The notes under the pieces were generated by a model that was not told where the DNA came from, searched no databases, and saw only the letters and a list, made by a program, of their open reading frames with translations. A stretch of 64,000 bases of DNA from a gamma proteobacterium endosymbiont of Lamellibrachia anaximandri (GTDB lineage Bacteria; Pseudomonadota; Gammaproteobacteria; Chromatiales; Chromatiaceae). A program made the position numbers and the translations under genes. Shown here one piece after another: positions 56,193 through 64,000 of the stretch (positions are counted from its first letter, which is position 1; every line of letters starts with the position of its first letter). Where the stretch lies: contig JAESPD010000010.1 in NCBI GenBank assembly GCA_016756855.1, positions 20,468-84,467 on the forward strand, in the 5' to 3' direction.

Positions 56193-58586
56193 ATGGATAT
56201 CAAGTCCCTCGATGTTTCCCTTCTCTATCATGCATGTGATCTTGGCGGGCTTGATTTCAGCACCACTGAAACCCTTGAGATCCTCCCTGAAATCATCGGG
56301 CAGGAGCGGGTATTGGAGTCACTCCGTTTTGGTGTGGGCATTTCTCACGAGGGCTACAACCTTTACGTCATGGGTTCCACCGGCGTGGGGCGTCACAGGG
56401 TCGTTACCGACACCCTGAACAGGCTCAGTCAGCCTGTCGGCAAAAGTTCACTCGACTGGTGTTACGTCGCCAACTTTGATGATCCCAATCAACCGCAGAC
56501 CCTTTGCCTGCCTCCAGGTATGGGAAGGATGCTACGCCAGGATATGGAGATTCTGGTGGGCGACCTGTTGGGTGCAATTCCGGCGGCACTGCAGAGCAAA
56601 GAGTTTCGTCACCGGGCCGAGGAGATCACCGCTTCGTTGCAGGAGCAGGAAAAGAAGATAGCTGCGGATTTTGGTGACAGGACCCGGGAGCAGGGCATTG
56701 CCTTACTCCACTCGCCCAACGGCTACTCGCTGGTGCCGCTGAAGGGTGACAAGATCCTCAGTGCCGAGGCGTTTCGGGAACTGCCGGAGGAGGAACGCGC
56801 GGAGATAGAGTCCAAAATTGAGGCGTTTCACCGGGAGCTCAGAGATACCCTGGGACAGATTCCACTATGGCAGCGCGAGATGCGCGTACGTTACAAGGCA
56901 CTGGAGCAGGAGGTGGCCGAACTGGTCGTCAATCGGCTGGTGGGTGAACTGACCCGCAAATATGTGGAACAGGCGGAACTGGTCAGCTATCTCGACCAGG
57001 TCAGGTCGGACGTACTTGACAACCTCGAACGCTTTCTCAACAACGAAGATGAAGCGGGGAACCTCATTGAGGCAGATAATCCCCGTTTTACGCGTTACAG
57101 GATCAATCTGTTGGTGGACAATCGGGATGGACCGGCGGTGCCGATCATCTACGAACCCAACCCCACCTATCAGAATCTATTGGGCAGGGTGGAACACCAG
57201 GCCCGCATGGGTACACTGGCCACCGATTTCACCCTCATCAAACCTGGTGCGCTGCACCGGGCCAATGACGGGTTTCTGGTGCTGGATGCCGAGAAATTGC
57301 TGTCGAACGGGTTTGCCTGGGATGCCCTGAAGCGCGCACTGAACGCTCGTGAGGTTCGTATTGAACCGCTGGAGCGGCAACTCAGCATGCTCAGCACGAT
57401 CACCCTGGAACCCGATCCTATCCCGATTGATCTTAAAGTGGTGTTGATCGGTGATCGTCAGATATACCATCTGTTGAAGGCCTACGATTCTGACTTCGGC
57501 ACACTCTTCAAGGTGGTGGCTGATTTTTCCGAGTCACTGCCACGGGAAAACGGTAACGATGAGAGGTTTGCGCGGCTCATTGCGACGTTACAGCGACAGG
57601 AGGGGTTGCATCCCGTTACCAGGGCTGCGGTTCAGCGCCTCATCGAAGAGGCTGCCAGAAATGCAGGGAACGGTGAAAAGTTGTCGTTGCACATCGGCAG
57701 TCTGCTGGATCTGCTTAAAGAATCTGATTTCAGGGCAGAAGCGCTCGGCAGTGAATCGATCGGGGCCGAGCATGTGCAATGGGCCATACAGCAGCAGTTG
57801 CGCCGGGTGAGTCAATATTGTGAATTGATGCAGCAGGAGATCCTGAATGGCACCCTCATGATCGATACTGACGGTATTCAATTGGGGCGGGTGAACGGCC
57901 TCGCCGTGGTTCAGGTGGGTGATCACGCGTTTGGTCTGCCGAACCGAATCAGCGCCACTGCGCGAATTGGCAGCGGTGAAGTCATCGACATTGAGCGTGA
58001 AGTGGATCAGGGTGGTCCCATTCACAGCAAGGGTGTCTTCATCCTGGCGGCCTACCTCAACCGCCGCTACGCGCGTTATCAGCCACTCTCCGTGGCCGCC
58101 ACCCTGGTATTCGAGCAGACCTATGGAGAAGTGGAGGGAGACAGCGCCTCCGCCGGTGAACTCTGTGCGCTTTTATCCGTACTGGGGGATATTCCCATCC
58201 GCCAGTCTTTGGCGATCACCGGCTCCGTCAATCAGCATGGCGAGATGCAGCCGATTGGCGGCGTTTGCGAGAAGATCGAGGGTTTTTTCGACATCTGTGA
58301 CAAACGGGGCCTGGATGGTACACAGGGGGTCATTATTCCTGAGACGAATGTGCGTGATCTGATGTTGAAGCGCGCCGTTGTCGAGGCGGCAGAAGCGAGG
58401 CAATTCCATGTGTACGCGGTAAAACATGTGGAGCAGGCGCTGGAGTTGCTGACCGGATTACCCGCCGGAGTGGCGGACGATCAAGGCATCTATTCAGAGG
58501 AGACACTCAACGGCAAGGTTCAGGCGCGGCTGGCAGAGTGGTTTGCCTTGAAGTTGTCCCTGTCTGGTCACACGGTTGGGGAGTGA
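56193..58586 (+). CDS. Lon-like protease with degenerate AAA-like N-terminal region (LonC-like)
   Basis: 797 aa. C-terminal Lon proteolytic domain with Ser context GDSASAGE and Lys context GGVCEKIEGF. The Walker-A-like GSTGVGRH (nt 56373-56396) lacks the canonical Lys-Ser/Thr. The start is 2 nt after the previous stop. Confidence 0.8.
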   Translation: MDIKSLDVSLLYHACDLGGLDFSTTETLEILPEIIGQERVLESLRFGVGISHEGYNLYVMGSTGVGRHRVVTDTLNRLSQPVGKSSLDWCYVANFDDPNQPQTLCLPPGMGRMLRQDMEILVGDLLGAIPAALQSKEFRHRAEEITASLQEQEKKIAADFGDRTREQGIALLHSPNGYSLVPLKGDKILSAEAFRELPEEERAEIESKIEAFHRELRDTLGQIPLWQREMRVRYKALEQEVAELVVNRLVGELTRKYVEQAELVSYLDQVRSDVLDNLERFLNNEDEAGNLIEADNPRFTRYRINLLVDNRDGPAVPIIYEPNPTYQNLLGRVEHQARMGTLATDFTLIKPGALHRANDGFLVLDAEKLLSNGFAWDALKRALNAREVRIEPLERQLSMLSTITLEPDPIPIDLKVVLIGDRQIYHLLKAYDSDFGTLFKVVADFSESLPRENGNDERFARLIATLQRQEGLHPVTRAAVQRLIEEAARNAGNGEKLSLHIGSLLDLLKESDFRAEALGSESIGAEHVQWAIQQQLRRVSQYCELMQQEILNGTLMIDTDGIQLGRVNGLAVVQVGDHAFGLPNRISATARIGSGEVIDIEREVDQGGPIHSKGVFILAAYLNRRYARYQPLSVAATLVFEQTYGEVEGDSASAGELCALLSVLGDIPIRQSLAITGSVNQHGEMQPIGGVCEKIEGFFDICDKRGLDGTQGVIIPETNVRDLMLKRAVVEAAEARQFHVYAVKHVEQALELLTGLPAGVADDQGIYSEETLNGKVQARLAEWFALKLSLSGHTVGE

Positions 58587-58608
58587 GCGGTTTTATTCCG
58601 ATACCGGG

Positions 58609-59958
58609 TTAACCGGTGGATGTTACCTGGCAAGTCAGTTGCCCCTTGGCAACTCTTGCCTTGACGGTATCACCCACTGCCACCTCATCGGCTGCGTGGA
58701 TGATATGCCCGTCCTTCCCGCTGGAGACGATGGCATAACCCCGTTCCAGGGTATTCAATGGACTCAGGGTGTGCAGATCCCTTGCTAGTTGGCTCAAACG
58801 GTTGTGTTGTCCGGCGATCTTCCCTTCAATTTGCTGGCGCAATCGTGACTGCAGTGTCTTGTGGTTGAACTTCAGACGTTCGATCTGACGCTCAGGTGAC
58901 TGGGCCAGAAGACGGGTCTGCAGGCTCTGCAGATGGCTCTGTTGCCGCTCCACCAGTTGTCTTTGAGTCTGATGCAGCCGTTGAGTCAGTTCATCCAGGC
59001 GTTGACTACGCTGCAACAGGCGCTGCCCGATGTGCTGACGCTCCAGTCGCCCCGACAGACTGCGAAGCTGTGCCTGGAGAGTAGTGAACTGCTGCTGCCA
59101 GCGCAGGGTCATCTGCTGCTGTAGGCGCTGTAGCCGAAGTCGCCAGGCCGCTTGATCAGGGCTGATCAGTTCGGCGGCAGCCGAAGGTGTGGCGGCCCGC
59201 TGATCAGCAACGAAGTCGGCAATCGTGAAGTCGATCTCGTGGCCGATGCCGGTAACCAGTGGAATTCTGGAGGCATAAACCGCGCGGGCCACCTGCTCAT
59301 CGTTGAAGGCTTGCAGATCCTCAAGGGAACCGCCTCCGCGGCTGAGGATCAGCAGGTCGCACTCGGCCCGGTGGTTGGCGAGTTCGATTTTGCGGATGAT
59401 CTGTGCCGGAGCCTCTCTGCCCTGTACAGCCACCGGGTAGATGACCACGGGTATCGCCGGAAAGCGCCGTTGCAGCACGGTCAACAGATCGCGCACGGCG
59501 GCTCCTGAAGGCGAGGTGATGAGACCGATCTGTGCCGGCAGGCTGGGCAGAGGCTGTTTGTGGCGACTGTCGAAAAGTTCCTCATCCGCCAACTTCTGTT
59601 TGAGTAGGTCGAAGGCGAGCCGCAGCGCCCCTTCACCGGAGGGTTCCATATGCTCCGCGATGAGCTGGAACTCCCCTCTTGCCTCGTAGAGGCTGATGCG
59701 GGCACGGATCAGCACCTGCTGCCCGTTCTCCGGTTGAAAGCGCAGACGCTGTCGCTTCATGCGGAACATGGCACAGCGAACCTGGGCCGCCTCGTCCTTC
59801 AGGGAGAAGTAGATATGCCCGGAGGCCGGTTTTGCGAGGTTGGATATTTCACCCTCGATCCAGAGCAGCGGGAAGCTGCCTTCCAGCACAGCACGGGTCT
59901 CCCGGACAAGACGGGAGATGGTATAGATGTCGCGTTGATTATTGCGTTCTGGCTGCAT
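58609..59958 (-). CDS. xseA: Exodeoxyribonuclease VII large subunit
   Basis: 449 aa. N-terminal OB-fold region (VSRLVRETR...WIEGEISN), the RGGGSLEDL motif and a long Gln/Leu/Arg-rich coiled coil. Divergent from guaB as in E. coli. Confidence 0.95.
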   Translation of the reverse strand: MQPERNNQRDIYTISRLVRETRAVLEGSFPLLWIEGEISNLAKPASGHIYFSLKDEAAQVRCAMFRMKRQRLRFQPENGQQVLIRARISLYEARGEFQLIAEHMEPSGEGALRLAFDLLKQKLADEELFDSRHKQPLPSLPAQIGLITSPSGAAVRDLLTVLQRRFPAIPVVIYPVAVQGREAPAQIIRKIELANHRAECDLLILSRGGGSLEDLQAFNDEQVARAVYASRIPLVTGIGHEIDFTIADFVADQRAATPSAAAELISPDQAAWRLRLQRLQQQMTLRWQQQFTTLQAQLRSLSGRLERQHIGQRLLQRSQRLDELTQRLHQTQRQLVERQQSHLQSLQTRLLAQSPERQIERLKFNHKTLQSRLRQQIEGKIAGQHNRLSQLARDLHTLSPLNTLERGYAIVSSGKDGHIIHAADEVAVGDTVKARVAKGQLTCQVTSTG

Positions 59959-60087
59959 TGTTACCTCGCGGCGCTCTCCAACTGAGCCGGGATGGGGTTT
60001 TGACAGCCGAAAATCCCGGATTTCAGGGAAAAAATCATTCGATAGCCGAATTTTTCCGCTATTTTTATCATTCCTCAGGCTATCCAG

Positions 60088-60116
60088 TTTACCGGTCTGG
60101 CGTCAAATTCTATAAT
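60088..60116 (+). promoter_or_regulatory. Candidate sigma-70 promoter of guaBA
   Basis: TTTACC (60088-93), a 17-nt spacer, then TATAAT (60111-16), 37 nt upstream of the guaB ATG. Confidence 0.4.
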
Positions 60117-60152
60117 GCCCGGCTAAGTTCACCCCATCCGGATACAAAAACT

Positions 60153-61619
60153 ATGCGTGTTATCGAGGAAGCCCTTACTTTTGACGATGTTTTGCTGGTA
60201 CCGGCGCACTCCACGATCCTGCCCAAGGATGTGGAACTGCGCACCATGCTTACCCGCGACATCGAGCTCAGCATCCCACTGGTCTCTGCGGCAATGGACA
60301 CGGTTACCGAAGCCAAGTTCGCCATTGCGCTGGCGCTGGAGGGTGGCATCGGTATCGTGCATAAAAACATGACGCCGGAGCAGCAGGCCCAGGAGGTCGC
60401 AAGCGTTAAGAAGTATGAGAGCGGCGTGATCCGCGAGCCGATCACTGTCGGGCCGAATATCAGTATTGGCGAGGTCGTGGAGTTGACCCGGGCCAACAAC
60501 ATCTCCGGGGTGCCGGTGGTGGATGGCGATGACCTGGTCGGCATAGTAACCAGCCGTGATCTGCGTTTTGAGCGCAAGATGGATGATCCGGTACGCAATA
60601 TCATGACCCGCAAGGAGAATCTCGTCACGGTAAAAGAGGGCGCCGACCGGGACGAGGTACTCAACCTGCTGCACAAACACCGCATCGAGAAGGTGTTGGT
60701 GGTGAACGGCGATTTCAAACTCCGTGGCATGATCACCGTAAAGGATATCCAGAAAGCGAAAGACAATCCCAATGCTTGCCGTGACGATCAGGAGCGCCTG
60801 CGGGTGGGTGCTGCGGTCGGGGTGGGTGCCGGCACCGAGGAGCGTGTTGAACAGCTGGCTGCCGCAGGCGTCGATGTCATCGTGGTGGATACCGCCCACG
60901 GCCACTCCCAGGGTGTGCTCGACCGGGTGGCCTGGGTGAAGAAACACTATCCCCAGGTTCAGGTGATCGGCGGCAATATCGCAACCGCAACCGCAGCCCG
61001 CGCCCTGGCAGATGCCGGTGCGGATGCGGTGAAGGTGGGAATCGGTCCCGGGTCGATCTGTACCACCCGCATCGTTGCCGGTGTGGGCGTGCCCCAGGTA
61101 ACAGCGGTCTCTAACGTCGCCAAAGCGCTGGAGGGTACCGGCGTACCGCTGATTGCGGATGGCGGTCTGCGCTACTCCGGTGATATTGCCAAGGTACTGG
61201 CGGCAGGCGCCTATTCGGTGATGATCGGCGGCATGTTTGCCGGTACCGATGAGTCTCCCGGCGATGTGGAGATCTTCCAGGGTCGCTCCTACAAATCCTA
61301 CCGCGGCATGGGCTCTCTGGGCGCCATGTCGGGTAAGCAGGGTTCCAGCGATCGCTATTTCCAGGAAGATACCCAGGACAAGGAGAAGCTGGTGCCTGAG
61401 GGTATTGAAGGAAGGGTGCCTTACAAGGGAACCGCCCTGAGCATCATCTACCAGATTATCGGTGGTATCCGCTCCAGTATGGGTTATACAGGTTGTGCCA
61501 CCATCGACGAGATGCGCACCAAGCCGGAGTTCGTGCGGGTGACCAATGCAGGCATGACCGAGTCTCACGTGCATGACGTCACCATCACCAAGGAAGCGCC
61601 GAACTACCGGCGGGATTGA
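60153..61619 (+). CDS. guaB: IMP dehydrogenase
   Basis: Start trimmed to ATG 60153 ([17 protein letters not shown]), giving 488 aa. Tandem CBS domains and the catalytic-loop motif [11 protein letters not shown]. Confidence 0.95.
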   Translation: MRVIEEALTFDDVLLVPAHSTILPKDVELRTMLTRDIELSIPLVSAAMDTVTEAKFAIALALEGGIGIVHKNMTPEQQAQEVASVKKYESGVIREPITVGPNISIGEVVELTRANNISGVPVVDGDDLVGIVTSRDLRFERKMDDPVRNIMTRKENLVTVKEGADRDEVLNLLHKHRIEKVLVVNGDFKLRGMITVKDIQKAKDNPNACRDDQERLRVGAAVGVGAGTEERVEQLAAAGVDVIVVDTAHGHSQGVLDRVAWVKKHYPQVQVIGGNIATATAARALADAGADAVKVGIGPGSICTTRIVAGVGVPQVTAVSNVAKALEGTGVPLIADGGLRYSGDIAKVLAAGAYSVMIGGMFAGTDESPGDVEIFQGRSYKSYRGMGSLGAMSGKQGSSDRYFQEDTQDKEKLVPEGIEGRVPYKGTALSIIYQIIGGIRSSMGYTGCATIDEMRTKPEFVRVTNAGMTESHVHDVTITKEAPNYRRD

Positions 61620-61653
61620 TCGGCGTTTCTCTAAACGCTATTTATGCAAAACC

Positions 61654-61719
61654 GCAGGAGCGGCGCCTCGCCGCGATTGCCAGATTACAGATTGGGGTGC
61701 GGCGAGGCGCTGCTCCTAC
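61654..61719. repeat. Long GC-rich REP-like hairpin (GTAGGAGC type) in the guaB-guaA spacer
   Basis: GCAGGAGCGGCGCCTCGCCGC (61654-74) pairs with GCGGCGAGGCGCTGCTCCTAC (61699-719). That is 21 positions with one mismatch and one G-T pair, around a 24-nt loop. Confidence 0.65.
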
Positions 61720-61740
61720 GGCACTTTCAGGATTATCGTC

Positions 61741-63318
61741 ATGACCACAGACATCCACGCCCATCGAATATTGATCCTCGATTTTGGTTCCCAATACACC
61801 CAACTCATCGCCCGACGTGTACGTGAAGCGGGTGTCTATTGCGAGATCTATCCCTATGACAATGCGGATGAGGGACTTGCCGGGGAGAAGCCCGCGGGTG
61901 TGATCCTCTCCGGTGGACCGGAGACGACCACTGCTGACGAGTCACCCTGCGCGCCCCAGGAGATATTCGAACTGGGGGTGCCGGTATTGGGTGTCTGTTA
62001 TGGCATGCAGACCATGGCCGCACAGCTGGGCGGCAGCGTGACCCCTTCCGATAAACATGAATACGGTTATGCTCAGGTGCGTGCACGGGGGCACTCCAAA
62101 CTGTTGCGGGATATCGAGGACCACACCAGCGAAGAGGGTTATGGCCTGCTCGACGTATGGATGAGTCACGGCGACCGGGTCGACACGCTGCCGAAGGGTT
62201 TTCATGCCATCTGCGAGACCGGTAATGCACCGCTGGCCGGTATGGCGGACGAGGAGCGAGGTTTCTATGGCCTACAGTTTCATCCGGAAGTGACCCATAC
62301 GCACCAGGGCAAGCGCATCATCGACAAGTTTTTGTTCGAGATCTGTGGCTGCGAATCACTCTGGACATCAGGGCAGATCATCGAGGAGAACATCAACCAC
62401 GCCCGCGAACGAGTGGGTGACAAAGAGGTTGTGTTGGGACTCTCCGGCGGTGTCGACTCCTCTGTGGTGGCGGCCCTGTTACACAAAGCCATAGGTGATC
62501 AGCTGACCTGTGTCTTTGTCGATAACGGTCTGCTGCGTCTGCACGAAGGGGATCAGGTCATGGCGACCTTCGCCGAACACATGGGTGTGAAGGTGATTCG
62601 GGTCAATGCGGAGGATCGTTTCCTCAAGGCGCTGAAAGGCGTCTCCGATCCTGAGCAGAAGCGCAAGATCATCGGCAATCTATTCATCGATATTTTCGAG
62701 GAGGAGGCGAGCAAACTGGATAATGTCGAGTTCCTCGCCCAGGGAACCATCTATCCCGATGTGATCGAATCCGCCGGTGCAAAGTCGGGCAAGGCGCATG
62801 TCATCAAGTCCCACCACAATGTGGGTGGATTGCCTGATTATATGAAGCTGGAACTGATCGAGCCACTGCGTGAACTCTTCAAGGACGAGGTGCGCAAGAT
62901 CGGTGTGGAACTGGGTCTGCCCTACGAGATGATCTACCGGCATCCGTTCCCCGGGCCGGGGCTCGGTGTGCGCATCCTTGGCGAAGTGAAGAAAGAGTAT
63001 GCGGACCTGCTGCGCCAGGCAGATCACATCTACATTGAAGAGCTCTACAAGCATAAGTTGTATGACGAAGTGAGTCAGGCGTTCACTGTTTTTATTCCGG
63101 TGAAGTCCGTCGGCGTCGTGGGTGATACGCGGCGTTATGAGTATGTGGTTTCACTGCGGGCGGTGAAAACTGTGGATTTCATGACGGCCAAGTTTGCCCA
63201 TCTGCCATACGATTTCCTGGAAGAGGTTTCCCGCCGCATCATCAACGAGGTGCAGGGGATTGCGCGGGTGGCTTATGATATTTCGAGTAAGCCGCCGGCG
63301 ACAATCGAGTGGGAGTAG
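61741..63318 (+). CDS. guaA: GMP synthase (glutamine-hydrolysing)
   Basis: Start trimmed to ATG 61741 ([26 protein letters not shown]), giving 525 aa. GATase Cys context GVCYGMQ, PP-loop SGGVDSS, C-terminal ATIEWE. Confidence 0.95.
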   Translation: MTTDIHAHRILILDFGSQYTQLIARRVREAGVYCEIYPYDNADEGLAGEKPAGVILSGGPETTTADESPCAPQEIFELGVPVLGVCYGMQTMAAQLGGSVTPSDKHEYGYAQVRARGHSKLLRDIEDHTSEEGYGLLDVWMSHGDRVDTLPKGFHAICETGNAPLAGMADEERGFYGLQFHPEVTHTHQGKRIIDKFLFEICGCESLWTSGQIIEENINHARERVGDKEVVLGLSGGVDSSVVAALLHKAIGDQLTCVFVDNGLLRLHEGDQVMATFAEHMGVKVIRVNAEDRFLKALKGVSDPEQKRKIIGNLFIDIFEEEASKLDNVEFLAQGTIYPDVIESAGAKSGKAHVIKSHHNVGGLPDYMKLELIEPLRELFKDEVRKIGVELGLPYEMIYRHPFPGPGLGVRILGEVKKEYADLLRQADHIYIEELYKHKLYDEVSQAFTVFIPVKSVGVVGDTRRYEYVVSLRAVKTVDFMTAKFAHLPYDFLEEVSRRIINEVQGIARVAYDISSKPPATIEWE

Positions 63319-63638
63319 GAAGAATTTGTAACATATTGAAATATAACAATAAGTCAACTCCAATCAATAATATGATCTGCATCATCAATGGTATTTTTCA
63401 TGGTACTTATTGCGTGTAGCAAGGCAGATAACATCGATACCATGAGTGACAATTAAGTTTGGCATGGTATCAGGGCAATTGAACGGCGTATGCGCAACTG
63501 ATTGCCTTCGTGCCAGTCAGTATGCCTCCAACGCCAGAGGCTGGCGCCTCCCCAAGCGAATTCTGGATATGTGTGCCCAGGGACGCTTTTGTTTCAGGAT
63601 ACTGTGTCATCAGACTGCACTTAGTGCATTTATACACC

Positions 63639-64000
63639 TCAGAGCGCGGCCGCCCGATGCGCTTGTGGGCTCACGCCTCTTACGCGCTTGAATGCAGCAC
63701 TAAAAGCGAACGGTGTTGCATAGCCAACCTTCTCGGCTACTGTGCTCACGGTCTCGTTTGGCTGGCATAACAGGTCGGCTGCCACGGCCATTCGCCAATT
63801 TCTCAGGAAGGTCATCGGTGATTCGCCAACCCGTTCCTGGAACCGGCGTGCGAGCGATGCCCGCGAGGCGCCGACTTCCAGCGCCAATGCATCCATCGTC
63901 CATGGATTGGCCGGTTTGTCATGCATGATACGCAGGGCACGTTCGATAATCCGATCTCCCTGGTACCGCCACCACTCCGGCCTGTTGCTGTCGTGTTTGC
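63639..64000 (-). CDS. AraC/XylS-family transcriptional regulator, C-terminal part (5' end outside the window)
   Basis: Double helix-turn-helix region (WTMDALALEVGASRASLARRFQE ... VSTVAEKVGYATPFAFSAAFKR). The minus-strand frame stays open upstream of the track's Met through nt 64000. Confidence 0.7.
   Translation of the reverse strand, partial: KHDSNRPEWWRYQGDRIIERALRIMHDKPANPWTMDALALEVGASRASLARRFQERVGESPMTFLRNWRMAVAADLLCQPNETVSTVAEKVGYATPFAFSAAFKRVRGVSPQAHRAAAL

Noticed and set aside
59832-60152. 107-codon N-terminal extension of guaB in the track ORF
   Set aside because: It overlaps the xseA 5' end and the intergenic promoter region. IMPDH starts at [13 protein letters not shown] (60153).
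60129-61574. 481-aa ORF on the minus strand
   Set aside because: Mirror ORF of guaB spanning almost the whole gene. The guaB identity (CBS pair, [11 protein letters not shown]) is unambiguous.
61573-61740. 56-codon N-terminal extension of guaA in the track ORF
   Set aside because: It runs through the guaB 3' end and the spacer hairpin. GMP synthase starts at [16 protein letters not shown] (61741).
63446-63928. Several 60-95-aa plus-strand ORFs
   Set aside because: They overlap the AraC-family gene on the opposite strand, which has clear helix-turn-helix motifs. The plus-strand products are Arg/Ser/Pro-rich shadow translations.
1-64000. Search for tRNA, rRNA, prophage, integrase, toxin-antitoxin or known defence-system genes
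   Set aside because: By eye, none of the intergenic gaps shows tRNA-like T-arm or anticodon-arm architecture or rRNA-like sequence. No ORF shows integrase, transposase, nuclease-helicase or methyltransferase hallmarks. A tRNAscan/Infernal and defence-HMM run would be the decisive check.

Overview
This 64-kb chromosomal window looks like it comes from a sulfur-oxidising gammaproteobacterium. That is my inference from the dsr genes and from E. coli/Pseudomonas-like synteny; I ran no database search. All coordinates were derived by hand from the printed sequence and the ORF track.

Most of the window is core genome:
- nt 1-6035: the distal half of the reverse-Dsr sulfur-oxidation operon, dsrL(partial)-J-O-P-N-R-S.
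- nt 6085-10544: grxC-hslR-orf152, pepN and a small cbiX.
- nt 19694-37755: glnD-map, divergent from the classical block rpsB-tsf-pyrH-frr-uppS-cdsA-dxr-rseP-bamA-skp-lpxD-fabZ-lpxA-lpxB-rnhB.
- nt 45951-63318: argG, hemH, nth and xseA, divergent from guaBA.

I found no rRNA, tRNA, CRISPR array, prophage or recognisable defence system.

The parts worth a second look are:
1. An alpha/beta hydrolase, a membrane-embedded MurF-like ligase that lacks the UDP-binding N-domain, and a long-form Ddl paralogue, all outside any dcw cluster (15.9-19.7 kb).
2. A 1155-1177 aa protein carrying three PEPCK active-site motifs separated by large insertions, a candidate PPi-type PEPCK (12.3-15.8 kb). About 35 kb away sits a ~50-codon remnant of the N-terminus of an ATP-type pckA (50.9-51.05 kb).
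3. An accessory insertion where dnaE normally follows rnhB (37.8-45.9 kb). It holds a NodF/NodE-like ACP + ketosynthase pair, convergent with a low-GC operon of a TonB-dependent receptor, an orphan periplasmic binding protein and a hybrid histidine kinase.
4. A host-attachment-family protein tightly coupled to a Lon-like protease with a degenerate Walker A motif.
5. Several families of intergenic repeats. These include REP-like palindromes, nested inverted-repeat elements, one hairpin with compensatory substitutions between copies, and a MITE-like element carrying (GTAACCT)x5.

Functional calls rest on motifs and family resemblance recalled from memory and need a homology search to confirm.
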